A DNA stretch of 64,000 nt from a virus, in the IMG/VR virus record IMGVR_UViG_3300008085_000023, positions 64,001-128,000 of that record. One strand, given 5' to 3'. A model generated the notes under the pieces. It saw only the letters and a list, made by a program, of their open reading frames with translations. It made no database searches and had not been told where the DNA came from. Shown here piece after piece: positions 20,001 through 28,220 of this stretch; within the stretch, counting starts at the first letter, position 1, and each line of letters begins with the position of its first letter. Made by a program: the position numbers and the translations under genes.

Positions 20001-22512
20001 TTAACGCCATGTTAAGATGATACAAGGCCGTAGGATCCACAGTCGTTCTGAATACTAAACCTGTAACTTTAACATCAAAATATCCACCATCAACGTAATC
20101 TTTTGCGATTCCCCACACATCATCATAAAGAGGAATCGTATTCATCGTTAACGAAGCGTTGGCACTTACGAAATTAGATTCAAATTGAGTTGAGTTGGCC
20201 GCATTAAGTGATGGTAACGCAACTTGGTGTGATTCAAATTCAGTGATGCGATAATTAGCAACTGGATCGTTGCTGCTATTAAGAACACTTCGTGAAAGCA
20301 TTCGGCGTTCAATAACTGGAGTTACAGTTCGATTCAAATAAGAATCACCTAACGTGTGCGTTGTACGCGGATCAGTTGTGGCAAGGTCCGTGTTTTCATC
20401 TGGAATGCTATATCGATATGTGGCGTCAGCATGGTCAACAGCGACCGCTTCATCAACAGTATCCCAAATATCTCCAGGCAACGCTTCGGCTCGAGGATCC
20501 TCTTCGGTTGGGTACGTATACGGTGGTGATGGAAGTGTTTCCTTAATGTCAACGACGAAATCAGCAAACCAATATGAAGGTGATTCCGCCAATACGTAGA
20601 GACGTTCATTCAATACTAACATTTTTGTTAATTTGGTACCTAACGCTCTGCCATACCACTCGTAAAGTCTCCATGGCTGATGTTGAGCAGGCGTTGTTGT
20701 AGCAGGCGTGCCTTTAATGAAGTCAGCTGCAGGGTTATGCACGAAACTCGCTAGTTTGGCATCAAGATTTGCAAAGCCTGCTATTAGAGCGCTATTAACT
20801 GAAGCTGCAGTAGTAACGCGAGATTCTTCAGCACTGGCTAAAAGGTCTCTAGATATGTCATAAGGCGGTGTGGGAATTCTACCCTCGGTTAGAACAGCAA
20901 TCCACGAAAGTGCGCGTAATGATTGCGCCAAAGATCCATCAGAAATATCACCCGCTGCCGGTGCAGTAGCTGGAGGAAACTCTATTCCATCGTAAGGTTC
21001 AGACATCCAGTATGCTAACAAATCAAAATCCTGTGTGAGCGATTCGTTGTGCACGGTGTCGATCTGCAACCTAGAAACAGTTAGAATGTTTGCTGCGAGG
21101 GTTACACTAAAGCTTGGTATAGTTACGCCTGCTACTGCTGATTCTAATGCAGCCATGGAAGCATATGAAGTGTTAAGCACGTCATTCAGTACACTTAAAT
21201 CTACACCTGTAGTTGACAAAATATTGAACCCGCTGAGAGTCACATTACCAAATAACACTGGATTGTCCATGATCGCTGCGAGATTGCTAAGATCAAATTC
21301 AATTGACGCGGGCACATCATTTAGAGGATTAGCATCAGGCTTATTACCGACAACCTGTGTTATAGTCACAACAAGAGGATCGTTAGTGTATACCGTATAT
21401 TCGTTTTCAACCAACTCAAGCTTGTATGATGCTCTAATTGCGGGATTTGAATCGAGAGTGCTATCTTGAATCGTATCTGCTGTATGAAAATAATCGATTG
21501 CGTTTTTATGCTTTGTAAATTCTGGTTTATACGTCTGAATGCCATCGTACATGCGAATGAATGAAGATAACAGCGTGTCAACATCAGCAAAACCAGAAAT
21601 AGCATTGATCGTTAAAAGCCCTGCTTCTGAGAACGCCACTTGCTCAAGTGTGTGAGCTGCCGTTTGACGAGTGACGTGAGAATAAATTGAATCGATCGCA
21701 TCTTGTAAATTACTAAAACCAAGTGTAGTGTAAAATGCTTCAAGACTCGCCCAATCAATATTCTGTGTATTATAAAGAGGATCAAGCCACCAATGGTCGT
21801 AATACGGCGAAGCGTAATCAAAACTAATATCATCATCAGTTGGAATTACTAGCTCTATATTTGAAGCTAAATGGCGGGGGTCATCATCACCAAGATCCTC
21901 TACTTCTCTATGTATTGAAACATCGGTATTAAACGCATCGCGATTTGCTACTACCCCGGCGATATCAGTTGGCCATTCAATAAGATTGCGAATAGCATCT
22001 TTGATTTCTTGATTAAGAGCAAGCGTGCCAGAGATTAACGAAATATTGCTATTAACTGTCGTGTTAGGAATGCGGACAACTTCTGATGCATCAGAAGAAC
22101 CATCCCAATATGAGTAAAGGCATTGTAAGTAATCAACATACTCTCCGTATTGCATTCCTGACAATTGCTCCATTGGTCCAATTGGAACACCGGCGTCTGC
22201 TTCAAAAATGATAGTATTTCCAGATCTGCTAACACTATACCCAGTTCCAGGTGTTGCGGCAAGGGCATCTAAAAAATCGTCCAATGAATCATGCGCCGTA
22301 TTATTGCCAAGATTGTTTATATCACTTAAAATGAAGCCAAGCTTTTGCAACGTTAGGAATTCAATCCACACAGAACCAGTGCCGGCCCAGCCCGGATTAT
22401 TTGCTAGAATGTCTAGAAGGCCCTGTTGCGCTGCATCGAATATCGGTTGTAGAAAACTAAAATCGATCGTAAATCTTTGAGTTGCATTTCTGCCTATATC
22501 TATAGTAGCCAT
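17017..22512 (-). CDS. large putative virion/tail-associated protein (1831 aa)
   Basis: late promoter; internal repeated domains; beta-helix-like C-terminus. Confidence 0.6.
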   Translation of the reverse strand: MATIDIGRNATQRFTIDFSFLQPIFDAAQQGLLDILANNPGWAGTGSVWIEFLTLQKLGFILSDINNLGNNTAHDSLDDFLDALAATPGTGYSVSRSGNTIIFEADAGVPIGPMEQLSGMQYGEYVDYLQCLYSYWDGSSDASEVVRIPNTTVNSNISLISGTLALNQEIKDAIRNLIEWPTDIAGVVANRDAFNTDVSIHREVEDLGDDDPRHLASNIELVIPTDDDISFDYASPYYDHWWLDPLYNTQNIDWASLEAFYTTLGFSNLQDAIDSIYSHVTRQTAAHTLEQVAFSEAGLLTINAISGFADVDTLLSSFIRMYDGIQTYKPEFTKHKNAIDYFHTADTIQDSTLDSNPAIRASYKLELVENEYTVYTNDPLVVTITQVVGNKPDANPLNDVPASIEFDLSNLAAIMDNPVLFGNVTLSGFNILSTTGVDLSVLNDVLNTSYASMAALESAVAGVTIPSFSVTLAANILTVSRLQIDTVHNESLTQDFDLLAYWMSEPYDGIEFPPATAPAAGDISDGSLAQSLRALSWIAVLTEGRIPTPPYDISRDLLASAEESRVTTAASVNSALIAGFANLDAKLASFVHNPAADFIKGTPATTTPAQHQPWRLYEWYGRALGTKLTKMLVLNERLYVLAESPSYWFADFVVDIKETLPSPPYTYPTEEDPRAEALPGDIWDTVDEAVAVDHADATYRYSIPDENTDLATTDPRTTHTLGDSYLNRTVTPVIERRMLSRSVLNSSNDPVANYRITEFESHQVALPSLNAANSTQFESNFVSANASLTMNTIPLYDDVWGIAKDYVDGGYFDVKVTGLVFRTTVDPTALYHLNMALNDLLVVPPGDYSTPGSFRRYIISKIRAANELIPNYTITINENGWNHDYENGDVDPLVTRDPMTFSIVANDPTNTELISVDATYDVRRKIEVEGEQSWEEYTTTPPVYESEPGVLIEEGSSILCDFSALNNVFLAAHPVGEANAFWGVTLEGFKFVSNVGSPSALTQLNADLNNGIFFTLDDLKTTITEKDYGPDYLITFQDNTLLIKSQTLNSEEVLSQVVGVIPAIVKSTEVTFEPNNTIPIAKYIDPATSAETEVKLESLNPALAESVIGDAGAVRASLTFDLKQLFNRMIPVGEDKYWYPSSWLPSSINSSREAWEQPQLWFSDFEIHSTVDSNAFNEVFGYFFNQINENDSWDYFGYHNGGIAMNDGRFYREASLLNETAFPPLDNGPRAPKLDANGNIEYSIGRIDQVKWAIQNLADRTVNLGNKYTINVSDDYVMTIAAVKAVDGEVIYFGKTPWTEWPMKIQTTWTTYEELYLDGYANRSRYQPAFSYYEFNTIKEYKPIVQRQTGRTTSGAASLACDFSDLATAFDDMSAAGATELTISGFKVATTEGVDFSLLNSKVNRTYSSMAAYRDVMSEMGWRVTNANSMFNLGYSVTYGIASPDELKIIARAFTDNEEITQQFVVSDTVRNNEVYSTIQSNYDYVATGGVLTLNFPAGYYNFSTGLDLNRIALPGAGKIILRGERELESAESPLLAYNYSNILTTFSFSGSSGITYSSGPDACNIELNSIELHATGNGSTAVSVTNNSKLDFVCPMKLSGKWNKFGIFVDDRSTVDIFQSSKHVVNLTWPNVPEALSFVFEGPLLDNTESTNVGQAIAICCKGRSHLRAISQYNGNNTDKGLTTFELYENTAFVPLSVLHFIGAGSNLYHGWYQNIVIDERSSFYLYGPIAIGDGRRSLQASFSMAEKNFISNPLSSLAVRSVEIRGGSLFLNYNDFVHGQWNTHKYSTPGQLQYNQSTTRSTVGVDNLSTAITLTEASLEKGTWLSRYN

Positions 22513-22520
22513 GTTAGTAT

Positions 22521-22784
22521 TTATATCTCCATTTTACTATGGCTACCAGCACTCTTATGAATGCCTCTCAATACCTCGCCCCATCGGGATCCCATTTTAC
22601 GTTCAGCACGTTTATGCACTGACACTGTGTCATAAACAAAACTAATGCCAGAATAATCGCGTCTAACCTTACCTTTGGTCGAACACTTCGGGCATTTTTC
22701 ACCAATGGGTACTTCACGATCACTTATTGATAAGTCAACGCAAAACACCTCATTGCAATTTTCACACACATATTGGTATATCAT
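22521..22784 (-). CDS. FmdB-like zinc ribbon protein
   Basis: YQYVCENC...CPKC. Confidence 0.8.
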   Translation of the reverse strand: MIYQYVCENCNEVFCVDLSISDREVPIGEKCPKCSTKGKVRRDYSGISFVYDTVSVHKRAERKMGSRWGEVLRGIHKSAGSHSKMEI

Positions 22785-22790
22785 ATCATC

Positions 22791-23303
22791 CTATAGAATG
22801 TTTGGCCATACTTCTTTAACAATATCTTTGGTAATCTTTGGATAAAGCTCTTCAAGCTTTTTATCTTTAACAACACAGATCAACTGCGCGTCTGCAATAT
22901 TTACAGTCTCCAATAAGCTTATAAATGCAGCTTCCTTCTGCAGCTTCGACCCTTTTGCCTGTACAATCAGCTGACCCATTACCGAAATTATACGGTCGGT
23001 GACTTTAACAACTGTCGTGTTTGGCTTAAATGGCGGTTCACCTTCGGGAAATGGGAACTGCACCTTATCATTGAAATTTGCTGCAAGAATTGTCTTAAGG
23101 ACAAACGATTCGTTTTCCTTTAAACGTAAAATAAGCTCTTCACGATCACGCTTTGCGGACGGTCTACCTGCGCGCTTGCGCTTTGACAAATCAACAATGT
23201 TGTCGAAAATTGCTGTAATGGTACCATTTAAAATTGGTGTTTCTTCGTTTAGTACGACACCAGGCGTGGTCTGTGTTGCGCGGTTTTTAGCATCTGCGGC
23301 CAT
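22791..23303 (-). CDS. conserved T4-like hypothetical protein
   Basis: PEGEPPFKPN, FISLLE, YPKIT; typical neighbour of rnh. Confidence 0.7.
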   Translation of the reverse strand: MAADAKNRATQTTPGVVLNEETPILNGTITAIFDNIVDLSKRKRAGRPSAKRDREELILRLKENESFVLKTILAANFNDKVQFPFPEGEPPFKPNTTVVKVTDRIISVMGQLIVQAKGSKLQKEAAFISLLETVNIADAQLICVVKDKKLEELYPKITKDIVKEVWPNIL

Positions 23304-23333
23304 AATTATATCTCCATTGTGTATTAGTATTTA

Positions 23334-24209
23334 TCAGAAAAACTCAGGCAGCTTTTCGATCATTGTATTACAACGCTTCTTGATGAGATAATTCAAGAAT
23401 GCATTTTTGTTGACAGGTTTGCCAACCTTACTCTTAGCTTCGAACTCAGTCCGAATAGCTTCTACGATATCACGGGGGAGAAAATTTAAATCGATGACAG
23501 TTTGATTGCGATCAAAGTTTCTTCGATGAACATCCTTTTCGAAAGCAGTATCTTCATCGTTTAGAAAACTATGGTATAATGCTTCTAACTTTTTCTTAGA
23601 CACAGGCGTTTGGCGTTTTCCTTCAGTCACTAGAACATCATCATCAGAAAAGATGTTGGGAACTCCATCACCTGTATCGCCCTTAACAATATGCTCAAAC
23701 AGATAACGTCTCGGATCTTTCTCCACAAGCTTCTTCTTTAGCAGATTCGAATACTGACTGACGTTGGAATATCGCTGTAGTTGGAGAAAATCCTTATCAG
23801 CCGAGACGATCATCACGGGCTCATGACATCCGAACTCTTGGGTTCCCTTAACCAATACTGCTATGACATCGTCTGCCTCCGCTCTAGGAACATCTACAAC
23901 CGTAAATGGGGAGTATTGATCAATCTCCGATTTAATATTATCCAACCAACCATAAACTTCAACCCAATCAATAGGCGAAAGCTCTCGGCCCTTTTTACGA
24001 TTGGCTTTGTAGAACTCAAAAACTTCTTTTCGCCAAGACCCATGATCGCATGCGAGAACTATATCTCCATGTGATTGCTTGAACTTTCGATTATAGAAGC
24101 TAATGCTATTCAAAATCATATGCCGCATCATATTCTCAGACAGTTCTTCTCTACCATGCTGCACAAAAATACTTGCTACGGAAATTCCTGAAAAATCGAT
24201 AATTGTCAT
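23334..24209 (-). CDS. rnh: RNase H / 5'-3' exonuclease
   Basis: EADDVI, SADKDFLQL, GDTGDGVPN. Confidence 0.93.
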   Translation of the reverse strand: MTIIDFSGISVASIFVQHGREELSENMMRHMILNSISFYNRKFKQSHGDIVLACDHGSWRKEVFEFYKANRKKGRELSPIDWVEVYGWLDNIKSEIDQYSPFTVVDVPRAEADDVIAVLVKGTQEFGCHEPVMIVSADKDFLQLQRYSNVSQYSNLLKKKLVEKDPRRYLFEHIVKGDTGDGVPNIFSDDDVLVTEGKRQTPVSKKKLEALYHSFLNDEDTAFEKDVHRRNFDRNQTVIDLNFLPRDIVEAIRTEFEAKSKVGKPVNKNAFLNYLIKKRCNTMIEKLPEFF

Positions 24210-24238
24210 AATATATTCCTATGTTAATTTCTAGATCT

Positions 24239-24268
24239 AATATAACATAAAGGAGCGGTGTTGTACAC
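24239..24268 (-). promoter_or_regulatory. early-type promoter
   Basis: GTGTACA-N17-TATATT. Confidence 0.75.
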
Positions 24269-24270
24269 TA

Positions 24271-24699
24271 TTATTTTTCTATGGACATATGTTTAACGTG
24301 AGTTGCGTTAATTCTGCAGTTAATTATGCCGTTATAATATTCATCCTGCTTCAGCAAAACGCCGCGCGTAAATTGCTCTTCGCTTTCGCGATACGATAGT
24401 TCGCCTTTAGTGTAGCAGAGATGAAGGATCTCTCGATGAAAGATATCAAGGCCATGCTCTTCAAGCAGCAGCTTAATATTTTCGCTTGATCCACAGTATT
24501 TTTTCCAATCGGACTCTGGGTATGAAACGCGTTTACGCTTATTTCCTTTTAGTGGTGGTCGCGAAACTTTGCGAAAGAACCGCTTTTGTCCGATGTACTT
24601 TTTGTTATTCTGAAGATTAGTGACGCAATATACAAACCCTACAGCATCGCCAATCATCTCACTAGTAAACTCTTTGCCATCATATATCCATTCATTCAT
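24271..24699 (-). CDS. GIY-YIG endonuclease
   Basis: GFVY..TN...KYIG. Confidence 0.82.
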   Translation of the reverse strand: MNEWIYDGKEFTSEMIGDAVGFVYCVTNLQNNKKYIGQKRFFRKVSRPPLKGNKRKRVSYPESDWKKYCGSSENIKLLLEEHGLDIFHREILHLCYTKGELSYRESEEQFTRGVLLKQDEYYNGIINCRINATHVKHMSIEK

Positions 24700-24707
24700 A
24701 TAGTTAT

Positions 24708-25037
24708 TTATACCTTGTCGTGATAGCCACGCTTAAGTATCACTATATCTCTTTGACCAAACTGAATACAATTCTTGCGAATATGTGGATTCCAATCTCG
24801 CCAATATGAATGATGGCCGAAACGAAAATGGCATTCACGGCAAAGAGTGATAAGATTATCTGGATCGAATCTAAGTTCTGTTACCATTGCCCATGGTTGG
24901 ATATGATGAACTTCTAATTGTTTGATTCGACCACAACATTGACAAAAGGCCTCGGTAAGTAGGTGACTCTTCCTGACCTTACGCCAGTCGCCACCTCTTA
25001 CCGAGGCCTTCAATTTATCTTGTATAGTCGTTATCAC
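24708..25037 (-). CDS. HNH endonuclease
   Basis: CQCC..EVHHI..NLITLCRECH. Confidence 0.85.
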   Translation of the reverse strand: MITTIQDKLKASVRGGDWRKVRKSHLLTEAFCQCCGRIKQLEVHHIQPWAMVTELRFDPDNLITLCRECHFRFGHHSYWRDWNPHIRKNCIQFGQRDIVILKRGYHDKV

Positions 25038-25045
25038 ATGACTAT

Positions 25046-25657
25046 TTATTCATCATCGTCGTCATTAGTCTTCTCCCTAACAAGGAATGAATCCAAGAAG
25101 GGTTTCCACTGAGGCTTCATATCGATATGAGCAGTCATTTGATTCATATGCAAAAACCACGAAGGCTTCTTAGGTTCAAACAACAATCTCATTCCTGCTT
25201 CTTCAGGTGTACGGTCAGCCTTGAAATGATTGCAGGGCTTGCATGCAGAAATTGTATTCTGCCATGACTTTGGTCCACCGAATGATTTCGGATTGATGTG
25301 ATCAACCGTCAATTCCTTTTTGGTGAATGTTTGGCCGCAGTAACCACAACGATATCCATCGCGCACAAATAAGCTTTCACGCGAAAACTTTACTTGGTTC
25401 TTTGGAAGACGATCGAACTGGGTTAGAATTACAACCTGTGGTACAGCTATACGATTATTAACCGTATGGATGATGTGCTGAGTAGGGCTCTGCTCAATCT
25501 TAAGAGAAGCGTCTAGCCAACTTTTGAAGTTATATTGAATATAGTTTTGATCCACTACGTGGCATTTGTCCTGCATCAGCAGCGACATAGTACGCTTCCA
25601 ATTGATAACATGTATAGGCATGAAAACCTTGTTTAAAACTAGTGCGTCTCTTTTCAT
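25046..25657 (-). CDS. HNH endonuclease (McrA-like)
   Basis: RDGYRCGYCG, TVDHINP, ACKPCN; start moved to ATG 25657 because the longer ORF overlaps tRNA-Cys. Confidence 0.88.
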   Translation of the reverse strand: MKRDALVLNKVFMPIHVINWKRTMSLLMQDKCHVVDQNYIQYNFKSWLDASLKIEQSPTQHIIHTVNNRIAVPQVVILTQFDRLPKNQVKFSRESLFVRDGYRCGYCGQTFTKKELTVDHINPKSFGGPKSWQNTISACKPCNHFKADRTPEEAGMRLLFEPKKPSWFLHMNQMTAHIDMKPQWKPFLDSFLVREKTNDDDDE

Positions 25658-25673
25658 AATATTACTTTCAATT

Positions 25674-25749
25674 TGGAGGATGCAGTGAGAATCCAACTCA
25701 CACAATCACGGTTTGCAGCCGTGCGCCTTTAGCATTCAGCCATACACCC
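25674..25749 (-). tRNA. tRNA-Cys(GCA)
   Basis: cloverleaf, CCA; T-loop TTGGATT. Confidence 0.88.
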
Positions 25750-25767
25750 ATTAAACTACTTTGATCT

Positions 25768-25797
25768 ATATTAACATATTTAGGTGTAATTGTACAC
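25768..25797 (-). promoter_or_regulatory. early-type promoter for tRNA-Cys
   Basis: GTGTACA-N17-TAATAT. Confidence 0.7.
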
Positions 25798-25962
25798 CAT
25801 TAGTTTTGCTGCCCAAGGTGAAAGCTCTCACCTTAGGACTTTAAATAGGTCAACCTTTAAGTCGCATTATTGGAATTGCTTCTTCACATATTACATATAT
25901 CGGAGACTCATACGTCCAATTTGACGTCTCCTATTATGCGTATACCGATTGAATGTGTAAAT

Positions 25963-26044
25963 TGGTGCGGATGGTGAGAATCGAACTCACAAATAATTCA
26001 CCAAGGTTTGAGCTTGGCCGCTTTGCCAGATTGCGTACATCCGC
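25963..26044 (-). tRNA. tRNA-Leu(CAA)
   Basis: class II cloverleaf, CCA. Confidence 0.92.
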
Positions 26045-26053
26045 ATTTTGAAA

Positions 26054-26127
26054 TGGTTGCTTCACCGGGATTCGCACCCAGACAAAGAGCTTCAAAGACT
26101 CCTGTGCTGCTATTACACTATGAAGCA
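26054..26127 (-). tRNA. tRNA-Gln(TTG)
   Basis: cloverleaf, CCA. Confidence 0.88.
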
Positions 26128-26133
26128 ATAAAA

Positions 26134-26215
26134 TGGTACCAGTGGAGGGAATCGAACCCACAAACATATCACCTGCTTCTAAGGCAGGCCGCTTTGCCAG
26201 ATTGCGTACACTGGT
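26134..26215 (-). tRNA. tRNA-Leu(TAG)
   Basis: class II cloverleaf, CCA. Confidence 0.92.
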
Positions 26216-26379
26216 ATTAAAATGTGTTTAGTAGTGAACTTTACAACGCGAGAATTTATTGCTTCGCTCCACAATCGCTATATCAAGCAATTACTTCTGT
26301 TAGCATCAACCATCCTCGTAGATGTGATATCATCTATCTTCAACGTATTTCACAGTGTGATACCATGACTAAACATAAA

Positions 26380-26463
26380 TGGTGTGGATAGGGAGACTTG
26401 AACTCCCACGCCTTTCAGCACAACGTTCTCGACGTTGCATGTCTGCCATTTCATCATATCCAC
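26380..26463 (-). tRNA. tRNA-Leu(GAG), C33 variant
   Basis: class II cloverleaf, loop TC-GAG-AA, CCA. Confidence 0.85.
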
Positions 26464-26586
26464 ATAAAAGGTTTCGGCCCTTTGGAGATTTGAGCATTAT
26501 CTATATTCTTGCTACTTATGCGCTGGGAATATTGCTTAGACAAGAGGCTTTCCTCATTGGCCTTGACACTCGTCAGTGCCCATTAT

Positions 26587-26668
26587 TGGTGCGGATGGCG
26601 AGACTCGAACTCGCAAATAAATCACCAAGGTTTAAGCTTGGCCGCTTTGCCAGATTGCGTACATCCGC
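26587..26668 (-). tRNA. tRNA-Leu(TAA)
   Basis: near copy of Leu(CAA), CCA. Confidence 0.92.
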
Positions 26669-26719
26669 ATGAATTGACACTAAAAGGATTCGAACCTTCA
26701 TCTCTCTTACTTTAATCGA

Positions 26720-26795
26720 TGGTGCGATAGGCGGGGTACGATCCCGCAACCTCCACGTTGGCAACGTGGTATTCTCCCAGTTGAATTACTATCGC
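26720..26795 (-). tRNA. tRNA-Gly(GCC)
   Basis: cloverleaf, CCA. Confidence 0.88.
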
Positions 26796-26801
26796 ATAAA
26801 C

Positions 26802-26875
26802 TGGAGCCGACAGACAGACTTGAACTGACATCATCTGATTACGAAACAGATATTCTTCCTTTGAACTATATCGGC
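26802..26875 (-). tRNA. tRNA-Thr(CGT)
   Basis: cloverleaf, CCA. Confidence 0.85.
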
Positions 26876-26880
26876 GAAAT

Positions 26881-26956
26881 TGGTGCACCGGCAGGGACTC
26901 GAACCCTGATCTCACGCATTAAAAGTGCGTTGCTAAGCCAATTTAGCTACCGATGC
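26881..26956 (-). tRNA. tRNA-Lys(TTT)
   Basis: cloverleaf, CCA. Confidence 0.92.
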
Positions 26957-26965
26957 ATTTTAAAT

Positions 26966-27041
26966 TGGTACCTCTGTTCGGTAACGATCCGAATTCTCCG
27001 GGGTAAAGGCCCGGTCATCATCCATATAATGTTTCAGAGGC
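26966..27041 (-). tRNA. tRNA-Lys(TTT), atypical loop
   Basis: paralog of Lys(CTT) at 31370; loop CC-TTT-AC. Confidence 0.75.
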
Positions 27042-27050
27042 ATTGTAAAG

Positions 27051-27126
27051 TGGAGCCGACACTGAGACTTAAACTCAGTTCCCATCCGTACCAAGGATGA
27101 ATTCTAATCAGTTGAACTATGTCGGC
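27051..27126 (-). tRNA. tRNA-Thr(GGT)
   Basis: cloverleaf, CCA. Confidence 0.87.
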
Positions 27127-27137
27127 ATTAAAAAAAA

Positions 27138-27213
27138 TGGTTGGCCTGAGTGGATTTGAACCACTAACCTGCTGAGTCAGAGTCAGCCGCACCGCCAATT
27201 GTGCTACAGGCCA
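27138..27213 (-). tRNA. tRNA-Gln(CTG)
   Basis: cloverleaf, CCA. Confidence 0.92.
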
Positions 27214-27219
27214 ATAAGA

Positions 27220-27294
27220 TGGTCCCTAAGGAGAATTTCGAAATCTCGACATTTCGGATATGAACCGAACGCTCTGCCTCTGAGCTACCTAGGG
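27220..27294 (-). tRNA. tRNA-Met(CAT) (elongator Met or Ile2)
   Basis: cloverleaf, CCA. Confidence 0.85.
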
Positions 27295-27299
27295 ATGAA

Positions 27300-27390
27300 T
27301 GGCGGAAGTAAGAGGTATCGAACCCCAACCGCTTTTACACGGTCCAACTGTTTAGCAAACAGCGCCCATCACCATCAGGGATTTACTTCC
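27300..27390 (-). tRNA. tRNA-Ser(GCT)
   Basis: class II cloverleaf, G73, CCA. Confidence 0.9.
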
Positions 27391-27396
27391 AAAAAT

Positions 27397-27471
27397 TGGC
27401 TCGCGAGGCTGGATTCGAACCAGCGACAACTTGCTTAACAGGCAAACGCTCTACCACTGAACTACACGCGA
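27397..27471 (-). tRNA. tRNA-Asn(GTT)
   Basis: cloverleaf, CCA. Confidence 0.93.
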
Positions 27472-27478
27472 ATTAAAT

Positions 27479-27554
27479 TGGAGCCGCCACACAGACTCGA
27501 ACTGTGATCACTGGAGTACAAAACCAGGGCTCTAAGCCTTTGAGCTATAGCGGC
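27479..27554 (-). tRNA. tRNA-Thr(TGT)
   Basis: cloverleaf, CCA. Confidence 0.9.
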
Positions 27555-27561
27555 AATAAAT

Positions 27562-27637
27562 TGGTACTCCTACTAGGACTCGAACCTAGACTAAAAGCTT
27601 AGAAGGCTCTTGTGCTATTCCCTTACACCATAAGAGT
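27562..27637 (-). tRNA. tRNA-Arg(TCT)
   Basis: cloverleaf, CCA. Confidence 0.92.
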
Positions 27638-27645
27638 ATTAAAAT

Positions 27646-27721
27646 TGGTGGCACAGGTGGGGAATGATCCCACGACCGGCAGGGTTTCAATCTGCTACTC
27701 TACCAACTGAGTTACTGTACC
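27646..27721 (-). tRNA. tRNA-Phe(GAA)
   Basis: cloverleaf, CCA; T-loop ATCATTC. Confidence 0.85.
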
Positions 27722-27728
27722 ATGAAAT

Positions 27729-27812
27729 TGGTGGCGAAGGTAGGAATTGCACTTACAAGTCCGAAGAGGGTGATTTACAATCACTTGAGCCCACTACCTG
27801 CTCAACTCCGCC
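27729..27812 (-). tRNA. tRNA-Tyr(GTA)
   Basis: class II cloverleaf, CCA. Confidence 0.85.
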
Positions 27813-27821
27813 GTGTTAAAT

Positions 27822-27910
27822 TGGTGGGAAATGGTGGTAACGCACCACTTGTCTACTTCCGTTCTGTTTTTCGACGTTGGTTTTACAGACCAATGAACGG
27901 TACATCTCCC
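27822..27910 (-). tRNA. D-armless tRNA-Tyr(GTA)-like
   Basis: 7-bp acceptor, anticodon arm CT-GTA-AA, T arm, ACCA; only 10 nt in place of the D arm. Confidence 0.75.
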
Positions 27911-27976
27911 AAATAAAAATATGGGCCCTTATTACGGGTTTTCGACCGCGCGAGGGGCTAACGCCATGCTATTTGT

Positions 27977-28143
27977 TTTTGAAAGAGGTTCACCATAAAC
28001 GCTCAACAATTACCTAGGATGTTAAGCTTTCTCTGCTGACGTATCTTGCGATTGGATAGCTAATCCGGTGCGGCGAGAGTCGATTTAAGGACGTTTGCCA
28101 GACAAAACTAGAAACTGACCACAGACTGGTGAATCTTTCAAAA
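27977..28143 (-). ncRNA. unassigned structured RNA
   Basis: 17-bp terminal helix enclosing several hairpins, between tRNAs. Confidence 0.6.
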
Positions 28144-28220
28144 TGGTAGGACAGTTCAGAATCGAACTGAAATTATTTCTCGGTGTAAACGAGGTGCCAT
28201 AACCATTAGGCGACTGTCCC
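28144..28220 (-). tRNA. tRNA-Val(TAC)
   Basis: cloverleaf, CCA. Confidence 0.87.

Noticed and set aside
26467-26580. Hammerhead ribozyme (CTGACGA...CGAAA)
   Set aside because: Stem II and the flanking stems do not pair in the required arrangement.
26966-27041. Ochre suppressor tRNA (TTA anticodon)
   Set aside because: The 5-bp stem fixes the loop as CC-TTT-AC, and shifting the register breaks the stem. Genes end normally at TAA/TAG/TGA, so there is no sign of recoding.
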